From IMG/VR virus record IMGVR_UViG_3300035102_000507: a stretch of DNA of 64,000 bases. One strand, written 5' to 3'. Made by a program: the position numbers and the translations under genes. The first letter of the stretch is position 1, and each line of letters begins with the position of its first letter. Below the pieces are notes generated by a model. The model saw only the letters and a list, made by a program, of their open reading frames with translations, was not told the DNA's origin and did not search any database. Shown piece by piece: positions 44,189 to 53,388 of the stretch. The stretch is from a virus.

Positions 44189-44629
44189 ATGGGCAAGCGC
44201 GGACCGAAGCCGAAGGGCAATCTCAAGGTCGTAGAGGTCGGCCAGCACCAACCGGAGCGACCGAAGCCGTTGCCGGGGATGAATACTCGGTCCCGAGCGA
44301 TGTGGCGACGGATTGTCAAAAGCGTCCCGGTCGATCATTTCTGCCCGGCAGATCTGCCCCTGCTCCGGGACTACTGCGAGGCCTATGACAGGAGCGTTGA
44401 AGCCCAGAAGGCTATTAACCGGGATGGGCACTACATCCCGACCGGCACCGGAAGCATCAAGGCTCACCCTGCGGTTGCCGTGAAGGTTGCTGCTTCTCAG
44501 TGCATGGCCCAGCTCGGCACTAAGCTCGGACTGACTCGGTCAGCCCGGCGCGGCAAGGAAAAGGACAGCGAGACGGAAAAGCCCAGAAGCAAGCGCGACG
44601 GGCTGATGTTTGGAGGCAATAAGGCGTGA
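44189..44629 (+). CDS. Terminase small subunit, P27 family
   Basis: MGKRGPKP, HPAV, LGLT.SAR. Confidence 0.9.
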   Translation: MGKRGPKPKGNLKVVEVGQHQPERPKPLPGMNTRSRAMWRRIVKSVPVDHFCPADLPLLRDYCEAYDRSVEAQKAINRDGHYIPTGTGSIKAHPAVAVKVAASQCMAQLGTKLGLTRSARRGKEKDSETEKPRSKRDGLMFGGNKA

Positions 44630-46215
44630 AGGTGTACCAGTCAGATCGTGGAGAGCGCGTTATCGAATTCATCGAGACGCTGAACATCCCGGAAGGCATG
44701 CATGTTGGGCAGCCTTTCCGTCTGCGTGATTGGCAAAAAGACATCATCCGCCGTGTCTACAACCCCGTGGACGAGTACGGAAACCGTGTTGTCCGCAAGG
44801 TCATCTACTCCGTTGCGAAAAAGAACGGCAAGACGCCGATGGTTTCGGCGATAGGCCTGACGCACCTCTGCGGTCCGGAGGCCAAGAAGAACGAGCAGCT
44901 CTACTCTGCCGCATTTCAGCGCGACCAGGCCAGCATCACGCATCGTTACATGAGCCAGATGATCGAGCTTGATGATGAGTTGTCCGGCGTTCTGAACGTC
45001 AAGGCGGCCACCAAGGAAATCGAAGCCCCGAACGGTTCAATTTTCAAGGCTCTGTCGTCTGAAGTGAAAGGGAAGCACGGCATCGGTCCAGCCCTCTTGA
45101 TCTTCGACGAGCTGGCACAGTTCGGCGCGGACAGGGAATTCTACGACACATTGATTCAGGGGCGCGGAGCGCACGAAGAACCGCTTATGTGGATCATTTC
45201 CACGCAGGCGAAAGACGACCTCGCAGTCCTGTCGCAAGAGATCGACTACGGGATGAAAGTCATGCGCGGCGAGATCGACGATCCGAGCGTCGTGTGCTGC
45301 CTCTTCGAGACGGACGAAGATGCAGACCTTGAGGACGAGGACGCCTGGAGGGCAAGCAACCCGGCCCTTGGCGATTTTCTCAGTATGGCCGACATGCGTG
45401 AAGCGGCGAAGACGGCGAAGAACATGCCCAGCGCCGAAGCAAATTTCCGCAACCTCAGGCTGAACCAGCGCATCGACTCGGCAGCTCATTTCATAACCCC
45501 CGGCACCTGGAAGGCCAACGGGGCTGAACCGGACATGTCTGTCTTTGAAGAGTGCGAGTGCGTTGGTGGACTTGACCTTTCGGCGAAAAACGACCTGACC
45601 GCGCTGGTGTTCGTTGCGGAAGACGAGAGACGGCAAATCCATGTGCTTCCGTTTTTCTGGACACCCGGCGACACCCTCAGGGACAGGGCCGAGCGGGATC
45701 GCGTGCCTTATGACCTGTGGCGAGATCAGGGATACCTCGAAGCCAAGCCGGGCCGCACCATCGATTATGGGTGGGTGGCGAAGAAAATCGCCGAGCTCAT
45801 GTCCTGGCTGAACATAAAGGGGATCAAGTTTGACCGCTGGCGTATCGACGACCTCAAGCGCGAGTTGGAAAAAATCGGGGTGGAGGTCTGGGTTGACGGT
45901 TCTGACGAGCCGATCCCCGGCGGCCTTCGCCTCGTGCCGCATGGACAGGGATTCAAGGACATGAATCCAGCGGTCGAAACCGTCGAGGACATTCTGAGTG
46001 AAGAGCGGGCGCGGCATGGTAACCACCCTGTGTTGACCTGGTGTGCGGCAAACACCCGCGTGCAGTCAGACCCGGCAGGAAACCGCAAGTTCGACAAGCT
46101 CAAAAGTACGGGCCGGATTGACGGGCTCGTGGCGATGGCCATGGCTGCAAACGGCGCGGTGAGCATCGGAGAAGTCGTTGAGCAAGAAGCAACCCAAGCT
46201 TTTGTGGAGCTGTAA
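44626..46215 (+). CDS. Terminase large subunit
   Basis: AKKNGKT, IFDE, ISTQ, GLDLS, KFDK.KS.GRIDG.VA. Confidence 0.95.
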   Translation: MKVYQSDRGERVIEFIETLNIPEGMHVGQPFRLRDWQKDIIRRVYNPVDEYGNRVVRKVIYSVAKKNGKTPMVSAIGLTHLCGPEAKKNEQLYSAAFQRDQASITHRYMSQMIELDDELSGVLNVKAATKEIEAPNGSIFKALSSEVKGKHGIGPALLIFDELAQFGADREFYDTLIQGRGAHEEPLMWIISTQAKDDLAVLSQEIDYGMKVMRGEIDDPSVVCCLFETDEDADLEDEDAWRASNPALGDFLSMADMREAAKTAKNMPSAEANFRNLRLNQRIDSAAHFITPGTWKANGAEPDMSVFEECECVGGLDLSAKNDLTALVFVAEDERRQIHVLPFFWTPGDTLRDRAERDRVPYDLWRDQGYLEAKPGRTIDYGWVAKKIAELMSWLNIKGIKFDRWRIDDLKRELEKIGVEVWVDGSDEPIPGGLRLVPHGQGFKDMNPAVETVEDILSEERARHGNHPVLTWCAANTRVQSDPAGNRKFDKLKSTGRIDGLVAMAMAANGAVSIGEVVEQEATQAFVEL

Positions 46216-46217
46216 AT

Positions 46218-47489
46218 ATGTTCGGATTCGGCAAGAAAAAGCAGACTGAAGACGAGCCTCTGCATAATGAGATCGAAGAGATTCAGAAGGGCTTCATGGC
46301 CGAGGGCGAACCATTGGGCTCCCTACTTGGTGGATTCACCACCTCCGGGAACACTGTGACCAGAGACAAGTCCATGAAGACCTCTGCGGTGTTCGCCTGT
46401 GTCCGTCTCATATCCAGCGCCGTATCCAGCGCCCCGCTCATCGTCTACCGGCGAGGCGAGGGGGTAGTGCGACAGCCTGCCCCGAATCACGCCCTTGCTC
46501 GTTTGCTCAAGTTGCGTCCGAACAGATTCATGACTGCGTCCACTTTCTGGAAGCGAATCATGAGCGACAAGCTGCTGGAGGGGAACGCCTATGCACATAT
46601 CATCCGAACCGGCGGCGGTGATCCTGTAGCGTTGTTCCCGCTGACCCCATCCCGAACCACTGTCTATTGGGCTTGGGAGCTCGGACTTCACACGAAGCTG
46701 GGGCTGGAGCGAAACCGCCTGATCTACGACACGACGTTCGAGGACGGCAGCCGGCGAGTCTTCGACCAGGACGATATCCTTCATATCCCGAACGTAGGGT
46801 GGAATGGGAAGGGTGGCATTTCCACGATCAGGGCGATGGCAAACGCAGTCGGGCTTTCACTTGCCGCTGAAGAGTCGGCGGCGGGAGTCTTTCGCAAAGG
46901 GATGATCGCTGACGTGGCGCTTGCTTACCCCAGCAAACTTTCGGACGAAGCCGCTCAGCGACTTCGGGAGCACTTCGAACGCAAGTACAGCGGCTCCGGA
47001 AACCACCATACGCCTCTCGTTTTAAGCGAAGGCGGGGACGTCAAGACTCTGAACATGTCTGCAGAAGACGCCCAGCTTATCGAGTCCCGCAAGTTCAGCG
47101 TGATCGATATCTGCCGGTTCTTCGGCGTGAACCCGGTCATGATCGGCGAGTCTGAGAAGACAAGTTCCTGGGGCTCCGGTGTCGAGCAGATGGGCCGCTG
47201 GTTCAACACGCTCACCCTCAACGAACATTTCACGACGATTGAGCAGGAACTGGAGGTCAAGTGTTTCGGTTTTGACGGGCACTTTGCGGAGTTCGACGAG
47301 TCTGAGCTGACGCGCGGCGATACGAAAACGCGCGGGGAGTTCTACAAGGTCGCTCGTGGCTCAATGCAGGAACCCGGATTCTACACCATCAACGAAATCC
47401 GCGCGGCTGAAGGTTTGCCGCCTATGGAGGGTGGAGATGTTTTGCAACGCCCTGAGAGCAGGGCCGAAGACGGAGGCGATGATGTTTGA
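46218..47489 (+). CDS. Portal protein, HK97 family
   Basis: AVFACV..IS, GNAY, G.S.I, DAQ..ESRKF, NE.RA.EGLPP..GGD. Confidence 0.95.
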   Translation: MFGFGKKKQTEDEPLHNEIEEIQKGFMAEGEPLGSLLGGFTTSGNTVTRDKSMKTSAVFACVRLISSAVSSAPLIVYRRGEGVVRQPAPNHALARLLKLRPNRFMTASTFWKRIMSDKLLEGNAYAHIIRTGGGDPVALFPLTPSRTTVYWAWELGLHTKLGLERNRLIYDTTFEDGSRRVFDQDDILHIPNVGWNGKGGISTIRAMANAVGLSLAAEESAAGVFRKGMIADVALAYPSKLSDEAAQRLREHFERKYSGSGNHHTPLVLSEGGDVKTLNMSAEDAQLIESRKFSVIDICRFFGVNPVMIGESEKTSSWGSGVEQMGRWFNTLTLNEHFTTIEQELEVKCFGFDGHFAEFDESELTRGDTKTRGEFYKVARGSMQEPGFYTINEIRAAEGLPPMEGGDVLQRPESRAEDGGDDV

Positions 47490-48219
47490 TCGAATAGTCC
47501 GCCTGCTGCGAGACAACGCAGAAGCGCGCGCCAAGGCTCCGGTCAGGGCAGAGGTGTCCGGCGATGAGGCCAGAATCTACCTGTACGACGTGATCGTGTC
47601 GGACGACTGGCTCGGCGGCGTAGGCGCCGAGAGCTTCGCGAAGAAGCTGGACGAACTCGATGTGTCGGTAATCCACTTGCACATCAACAGCCCCGGCGGC
47701 GAGGTCTTTGCCGCTCGTTCGATCGAGGCCGCGATCCGGCGGAACAAGGCCAAGGTCGTGGCGCACATTGACGGCCTTGCCGCCAGTGCCGCGTCTTTTG
47801 TGGCTGTCGCTTGCGACGAGGTCGAGATCGCAAAGGGTGGGATGCTCATGATCCACAAAGCGTGGACGTGTCGCTGCGGCAACGCGAACGACTTCGTGGA
47901 CTCTGCCGCACAGCTCGAAAAACTCGATGGGACCATGGCCGACACTTACTCCGAAAAGACCGGGCTCAAGGTAGCCAAGATTTCGGAGATGATGACTGCT
48001 GAGACTTGGCTCACGGGTTCCGAAGCAGTCGAGCTCGGCTTTGCTGACCGGGTGGCAGAGTCCAACAAGCAAGCCAGCGTGAGCGGGTGGGACCTCTCTG
48101 CGTACGAGAACGCACCCCAGCCTCCGGCTACCGCCGAAGATGAGTCCAAAGAGGAAGACGACGAAGCCGAAACCGAAGCCCGCGAGCGGAGGCTCCGGCT
48201 TATCGAATTGGCTGCATAG
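47479..48219 (+). CDS. ClpP-like prohead protease
   Basis: INSPGGEV, GLAASAAS, MIH, ETW....EAV..GFAD. Confidence 0.92.
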   Translation: MMFDRIVRLLRDNAEARAKAPVRAEVSGDEARIYLYDVIVSDDWLGGVGAESFAKKLDELDVSVIHLHINSPGGEVFAARSIEAAIRRNKAKVVAHIDGLAASAASFVAVACDEVEIAKGGMLMIHKAWTCRCGNANDFVDSAAQLEKLDGTMADTYSEKTGLKVAKISEMMTAETWLTGSEAVELGFADRVAESNKQASVSGWDLSAYENAPQPPATAEDESKEEDDEAETEARERRLRLIELAA

Positions 48220-48263
48220 CGGGTTTCCCCGCGCAAATACATCAGCTCATAAGGAGGAACCAC

Positions 48264-49493
48264 ATGGGCAAATCGATTCAGGCCATGCGGGAAGAACGGA
48301 CCGCCATCGCGCGTGAAATCCGCAACCTGCATGACAACACCACCGACTGGGGCCAGGAGGCCAAGGACAAGTTCAACGAGCTCGAAGGCAAGATCACCGC
48401 TCTGGACGAGGAGATCGATCGTTATCAGAAAGTGCTCGACCTCGAAGCCAAGAATGCCAACGTCGTCGACCAGACCGCCGACAAGCTCGGCACGACTTTG
48501 GCGACCGCCGAAGATATCCTCAATGCCAAGAAGGACGTCTACGATGCATGGCTGCGGGGCGGTGCCAAGGCGGCCCGTGAGCGCATGGAAACCTATGCGG
48601 CCACCCTCGACGGCCTCGAAGTCGCGACCCCCGCTGACGGCGGGTACACCGTGCCCGATCAGGTTGCCTCCACTCTGCTGGAGGAACTGGCCCAGATCGG
48701 CGGCATGCGTCAGGCCGCGACCGTGCTGGCTACCGCCACCGGTCAGGAAATCAGTTTCCCGACCGCCGACGAGACCAGCCAGAAAGGTGAAATGCTGGGC
48801 GAGCGCACTCAGGCCGCTCACAGCGACCCGACCTTCGGAACTAAGGCCCTGAAGGTCTACAAGTTCTCCTCGAAGACCGTCGGCGTTTCCATCGAACTCT
48901 TGCAGGACACCACCATCGACCTTGAAGGCTTTATCCGCCGCGCCCTGGTCGACCGCCTGTCCCGCATCACCGAGGATTACTACCACGACGGCACCGGCTC
49001 CGATCAGCCTCAGGGCCTCCTGACTGCGGCCACGCAGGGCAAGGTCGGCGCATCCGGGCAGACCGCGACCGTCATCTACGAGGACCTGCTGGACCTGATC
49101 CACGCCGTCGACCCCGCTTATCGTCGTGGCGGCTCCTGCGGGTTCATGTTCAACGACACCACGCTGGGCGGCATTCGCAAGCTCGAAGACGACTACGGTC
49201 GCCCGCTCTGGCAGCCCAACGTCGTCGAAAGCGAGCCGTCCCGTATTCTCGGCTATCCGTACTGGGTTAACCAGGAAATGGCCGACATGGCCGCCAACGC
49301 GAAGTCCATCGTCTTCGGCGATCTGTCCAAGTTCATCATCCGCGATGCCATGGACATCCAGCTTCGCCGCTTCGACGATTCCCGCTATGCCGAGTACGGC
49401 ATGGTCGGCTTCCTCGCCATGATGCGTTCCGGTTCGGCGCTCATCGCTCCGTCCGGCTCCTGCGTGAAGTATTACCAGAACGCCGCGTCCTAA
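48264..49493 (+). CDS. Major capsid protein, HK97 family
   Basis: N-terminal delta coiled coil; GGY.VP, G.G..QP.G, GRP.W, FGD. Confidence 0.95.
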   Translation: MGKSIQAMREERTAIAREIRNLHDNTTDWGQEAKDKFNELEGKITALDEEIDRYQKVLDLEAKNANVVDQTADKLGTTLATAEDILNAKKDVYDAWLRGGAKAARERMETYAATLDGLEVATPADGGYTVPDQVASTLLEELAQIGGMRQAATVLATATGQEISFPTADETSQKGEMLGERTQAAHSDPTFGTKALKVYKFSSKTVGVSIELLQDTTIDLEGFIRRALVDRLSRITEDYYHDGTGSDQPQGLLTAATQGKVGASGQTATVIYEDLLDLIHAVDPAYRRGGSCGFMFNDTTLGGIRKLEDDYGRPLWQPNVVESEPSRILGYPYWVNQEMADMAANAKSIVFGDLSKFIIRDAMDIQLRRFDDSRYAEYGMVGFLAMMRSGSALIAPSGSCVKYYQNAAS

Positions 49494-49541
49494 GCGCGGC
49501 AGAAGGGAGGGGTTCCGGCCCCTCCCGAATAAGGAGGCGAT

Positions 49542-49730
49542 ATGCCCAAGATCATCGTTGAAGAGCCGTTCCGGTTTTCCGAGGACACGACCACCGTACG
49601 CAGCTTCGAGCCTGGGGAACACGAGGTGTCCGCTCTCTGTGCGAAGTACGCCGAGAAGCACCATGGGGCGGAGATTGTCGGAGAGAAGAAGCCCGCCAGA
49701 AAGCCCGCCCCCAAGAAGGACGCCAAGTAA
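49542..49730 (+). CDS. Small capsid-associated protein
   Basis: 62 aa with a Lys/Pro tail; AGGAGG RBS. Confidence 0.6.
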   Translation: MPKIIVEEPFRFSEDTTTVRSFEPGEHEVSALCAKYAEKHHGAEIVGEKKPARKPAPKKDAK

Positions 49731-50230
49731 TGAAACGGCTGCTTGTGATAGGCTCGGCTCCGTGCCTCCGGCGCGACCTCGCGAACTTGTACCTGCCCGC
49801 GTATGACGTGATGGCGGTGAACCGCGCCGCGCTGCGCGTGGTCGAGCCTATCCGGTGGCTGGTGACTTATCACCCAACTGACATGATCAGCGAGGACTGG
49901 CCGGGCCTGCGTCGCCGGTTCGGAGGCAACGACGATTACCAGATCGTTTTGCACCGCCGCAACCAGTGGGCAGAGCGCTTGTATGGCGACCGGGTGCAGT
50001 ACGCCACTCACCGCCCCGGGCGGACCGGCTCGTCCGCGCTGCTGGGTGTCTTCCACGGCATCCACCTTGGCTACACCAACATCACGCTTGCCGGCTGTCC
50101 GTTGGTCGAGGGGTATGCGACTTTTCAAGGGGGGTGGGAATCCGCGCGCGATGAGCTCGCAGCGGTCAAAACCCGCTCCCTCTCCGGCTGGACGAAAACT
50201 TTTCTGGAGGGATTGCAGTGCAACGCTTGA
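49730..50230 (+). CDS. MAF_flag10 / sialyltransferase-like Rossmann-fold protein
   Basis: LVIGSAP, D.MAVN and GSSA..G...G..LGY..I.LAGC motifs. Confidence 0.5.
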   Translation: MKRLLVIGSAPCLRRDLANLYLPAYDVMAVNRAALRVVEPIRWLVTYHPTDMISEDWPGLRRRFGGNDDYQIVLHRRNQWAERLYGDRVQYATHRPGRTGSSALLGVFHGIHLGYTNITLAGCPLVEGYATFQGGWESARDELAAVKTRSLSGWTKTFLEGLQCNA

Positions 50231-50805
50231 AACTGATTGCCGGCCCCGAGTGTGAGCCTGTGACGCTGGACGAAGTGAAAGCACAGCGTGCACGCACCGA
50301 CTCCCTCGATGATGCGTATCTGGAATCGTGCATTGCGGCCATGCGTCAGCATGCCGAGGCCGAGACAGGCCGTCAGATGGTGACAGCCGTTTACGAGCTC
50401 ACGGTCGAGGCATGGAACCCTGCCGCTGCAATTGAGCTGCCGAGGCCTCCGCTCCAGTCCGTGGAGAGCATCACCGCTGTCGCGGACGACGGCACCGAGG
50501 CGGTGGTTGATCCGTCTGCCTACGAGGTTGTGGCGGATACGATTGTAGGCTTCGTCAGGCCCGCGCCGGAACAAGTGTGGCCGGAGGCACGAACACTGGT
50601 GATCCGCTTCTCTGCGGGATACCCGACCGTCGGCAGCCCGGCCACGGCAACCACGCCGGAGCCCATCAAACAGTGGATGCTGGTGAGGATCGGCACGATG
50701 GACGAATACCGCGAGGCCGTTGTTTCCGGGACAATCGTGGGCAAACTGCCGCGTGATTTCGTGGATGCCCTGCTTGACCCCTACAGAATCCCCTGGGTGG
50801 TGTAG
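50218..50805 (+). CDS. Head-tail connector (gp6-like)
   Basis: EPVTLDEVK, LP.PPLQSV.SI, P..IKQW.L motifs. Confidence 0.85.
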   Translation: MQRLKLIAGPECEPVTLDEVKAQRARTDSLDDAYLESCIAAMRQHAEAETGRQMVTAVYELTVEAWNPAAAIELPRPPLQSVESITAVADDGTEAVVDPSAYEVVADTIVGFVRPAPEQVWPEARTLVIRFSAGYPTVGSPATATTPEPIKQWMLVRIGTMDEYREAVVSGTIVGKLPRDFVDALLDPYRIPWVV

Positions 50806-50808
50806 GTC

Positions 50809-51129
50809 ATGCGCGCAGGAAAACTCAGGCACATCATCACCATCCAGCGGCCCACCGACACCCGGAACGACTACGGCGAAGTTGTCGAGGGTTGGGAAGA
50901 CGTCATTACTACGCGGGCCAGTGCGGAGCCGTTGCAGGGCAGGGAGTATTTCGCGTCGCAGCAGGTGCGCAGTGAAACGACCACCCGTTTCCGCATCCGT
51001 TGGCCGGGTATGCCCATCACGCCGGATATGCGCGTGATGTTTGAAGGCCGGGCTTACGACATTGACAGCGTGATCGACCCCAATGAGCGGCATCGTGAGC
51101 TGCACGTCATGGCGGTCGAGAAGAAGTAG
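50809..51129 (+). CDS. Head-tail adaptor / head closure protein
   Basis: MRAGKLRH.I.IQ, RE.FA.QQ, F.IR, MRV.F.G..Y.I. Confidence 0.9.
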   Translation: MRAGKLRHIITIQRPTDTRNDYGEVVEGWEDVITTRASAEPLQGREYFASQQVRSETTTRFRIRWPGMPITPDMRVMFEGRAYDIDSVIDPNERHRELHVMAVEKK

Positions 51130-51152
51130 AAAAGCCCCGCCGGAGCGGGGCC
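51130..51152. terminator. Hairpin between convergent genes
   Basis: AAAAGCCCCGC-CGGA-GCGGGGC. Confidence 0.6.
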
Positions 51153-51184
51153 ATGGTTCTTTGATAGTCGAATAGGGTATCGGG

Positions 51185-52078
51185 TCAGATTTTACCCGCA
51201 ATCTTCAAGGCCTGCTCCGTCTGCTTGGCTGTTTCGCTGTAAACCTCGGCGGCGACGCCCATCAGGTTATAGCAAAGCCCCATCAGGCGGTAGTAGCCTT
51301 GGAGGTGCAGGTTCATCGCGGCCTTGTTTTCCTTCGAGCCGTATTCAGCCGTCCTGATCTTGTAGCGCATGTCCTCGAAGTGGTGGCGCTGGAGCGTCAG
51401 GAATGAGTCTTCTTCGGTCTTGTAGAGGTCAAGCTCCCTGCTGAACTCCAAGAGGTCGGCGCCCGAAAGCGTCGGGGGAGGGGCCGGGAGGGCCTTGGGT
51501 TTCTGGTTTGCCTTGGCGACAACGGCGTCAATGCGTTGCTGGAGGAAGTCACAGGCCTCGCGCACCTGATCGACGGTCAGGTCGTCAACGGTCGTCACGC
51601 CGAACTTGGCGTGGATGAGCTTCCATGCATCACGGAAGGAGAGCGGGGCAAGGCCGACGTAGACCGCGACCAGGTCCTTGAGGGGGCGGCGGTCTGCTTT
51701 AGTGGAGAGGGCGCAGTGGTAACCACCTGTCTGCCGGATGGACGGCAAGACTTCCGAGGCTACCCAGTTGGTGAACCTATCGGCTTCCGGCTTGTTGGAG
51801 CGAAACGCCAGCTTGTAGACAGCGGGCTCCGAGATGACGGTGATCGGCGAATAGAGCCCACCACGACCTGTCTTTTTAGGGGGACGGAGTTTCCGCACCC
51901 CTTTCCATTCGTCAGGGACGGAAGCAAGCGTGTTGCTACGCCAGGCAATATCCAACGCGGAACAAACATCCTTCGCCACGAACCAAGGCTGTCCCTCGTC
52001 GTAGACGGTGCGGATAGGGGTTTCGTTGAAGCTGAACGGGGTGACAGCGGCACAGTCGGCTTGGGCGGTGTTAGGCAT
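51185..52078 (-). CDS. BRO-N domain antirepressor
   Basis: F.F....IRTV...QPWFVAKDVC, ISEP.VYKL.FRS.KPEA..F..WV..EVLPSIR. Confidence 0.9.
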   Translation of the reverse strand: MPNTAQADCAAVTPFSFNETPIRTVYDEGQPWFVAKDVCSALDIAWRSNTLASVPDEWKGVRKLRPPKKTGRGGLYSPITVISEPAVYKLAFRSNKPEADRFTNWVASEVLPSIRQTGGYHCALSTKADRRPLKDLVAVYVGLAPLSFRDAWKLIHAKFGVTTVDDLTVDQVREACDFLQQRIDAVVAKANQKPKALPAPPPTLSGADLLEFSRELDLYKTEEDSFLTLQRHHFEDMRYKIRTAEYGSKENKAAMNLHLQGYYRLMGLCYNLMGVAAEVYSETAKQTEQALKIAGKI

Positions 52079-52123
52079 GATGCCTCCTACTGTTTCTCTA
52101 GTGGCATCACCGAAATGAATGAT

Positions 52124-52197
52124 GCCGGGAGCTAGAACCTCAGTAGGCGAGGCTGGCTATTTTGGGCAAACGCCTTGGACATTTCACCACTCCCGGC
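52124..52197 (-). ncRNA. C4-like antisense RNA (prophage B)
   Basis: Same 74-nt scaffold as 18758-18831; loop GCCUACU in a CCUC/GAGG stem is complementary to AGUAGGC (52285-52291) and to AGUAGG over the BRO RBS (52086-52091). Confidence 0.7.
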
Positions 52198-52352
52198 AAC
52201 TTGGGTGCGAATATACCATGCCTCATGGTAGGGCCACAATGGGCAAGAGGCATGAAAAAGCCCCGGCTGTCGGGCGGGATGACCGCCTACTGGAGTTTCT
52301 AGGCTCCGTGCAGTCACCACGCCACAAACCGGGGCGGATGTCAAGGGGAAGG

Positions 52353-52688
52353 TTAGTTGCACAGGTGAAGGCCTTTTTGGATTAGTGGCATAAGGTCTCT
52401 ATTGGTGTAGTCACGGGCCTTTCTGTGTGGGTTCCCCTCGGCATCCTTTAGATTGGCGCGGTCGAACCAAGCCATAGCTTGCCCGTTGATGGCATATGTG
52501 TACCCATCAGAGCCGTTTATCCATACGGCCTTCCGTCCATTCCCGAGGTTTTTGCAGTACAGGGTTCCGCTGCTAAAGGTGAACGGCCAAACTCCACCTA
52601 AGTTTTTTTTGTACACATGGGCAGAGTTGGCGAAAGCGGGGCCAGGGGCCAGTGTTAGGGCTAGTAGGATAAAAATAGTTTTCATCAT
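52353..52688 (-). CDS. Exported YebY/DUF2511-like protein
   Basis: Signal peptide; WPFT...G.L.C and TYAING.A motifs. Confidence 0.65.
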   Translation of the reverse strand: MMKTIFILLALTLAPGPAFANSAHVYKKNLGGVWPFTFSSGTLYCKNLGNGRKAVWINGSDGYTYAINGQAMAWFDRANLKDAEGNPHRKARDYTNRDLMPLIQKGLHLCN

Positions 52689-52722
52689 GAGGGTATCCCT
52701 ACCTTTGTTTTGTTAGGAAGAA

Positions 52723-52974
52723 TCATGAGTTGGGAGGCGGGTTTTTGGAAAACGGCGGCGGCTGTGGTTCAAGCCTCTGTTTCGCCTTAGTGGTCTGTTC
52801 AGGGATGGGCGCGTCAAACTTTTTAGCAAGCCCCTCTAGAATGGCGGTTTGCTTCCTTAATTCCTGGTTGTTGGCCTTGGTCCAACTCCAGATGAAGAGA
52901 GGAGAGAGGGCCAGCATGACGCCTAGAATGAGAAATATCAACTGGACTGCACCAATACTTAGAAGGGCTTCCAT
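52723..52974 (-). CDS. Small membrane protein
   Basis: Long N-terminal hydrophobic helix; GGAGG RBS. Confidence 0.55.
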   Translation of the reverse strand: MEALLSIGAVQLIFLILGVMLALSPLFIWSWTKANNQELRKQTAILEGLAKKFDAPIPEQTTKAKQRLEPQPPPFSKNPPPNS

Positions 52975-52984
52975 CGTGCCTCCA

Positions 52985-53350
52985 TCACGGCCTAGTAACC
53001 CACACATCAACAGGAAGGCCGTATTCCTGAATGACCCGATGCACTCGACGAACATAGCGCATGTCTTTGTCTTTCTCGATGATGAGCACGATGCCGGGGC
53101 GCCTCCCGGTGTGCGCGCCGTAGAGCAAGGCTTGCCCGATGGACTCTGCCCATTTGTTGGCAAAGTCGAACTCCACCGCGTGAGTCTCCGTGAGGCAATC
53201 GCAGCGAGTCCGGTCCGGCATGACGACCTCGGTTTGCCCTTGTTCCGCTGCGCACCACCGGTCTTGATACCAAACCTCATAGTGGAGGCGTTTGGCATGG
53301 GCCAGCGGGGCGACGGCAAGCCATGCGATGAGAAAAACAAGTATGCGCAT
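52985..53350 (-). CDS. Signal-peptide protein with a PD-(D/E)XK-like motif
   Basis: MRILVFLIAWLAVAPLAHA signal; R.DC.T...AVEFD....ESIGQAL.Y. Confidence 0.55.
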   Translation of the reverse strand: MRILVFLIAWLAVAPLAHAKRLHYEVWYQDRWCAAEQGQTEVVMPDRTRCDCLTETHAVEFDFANKWAESIGQALLYGAHTGRRPGIVLIIEKDKDMRYVRRVHRVIQEYGLPVDVWVTRP

Positions 53351-53388
53351 TGAATAGCCCGTATCAGAAAACCGCACGGGAGGGCAAC

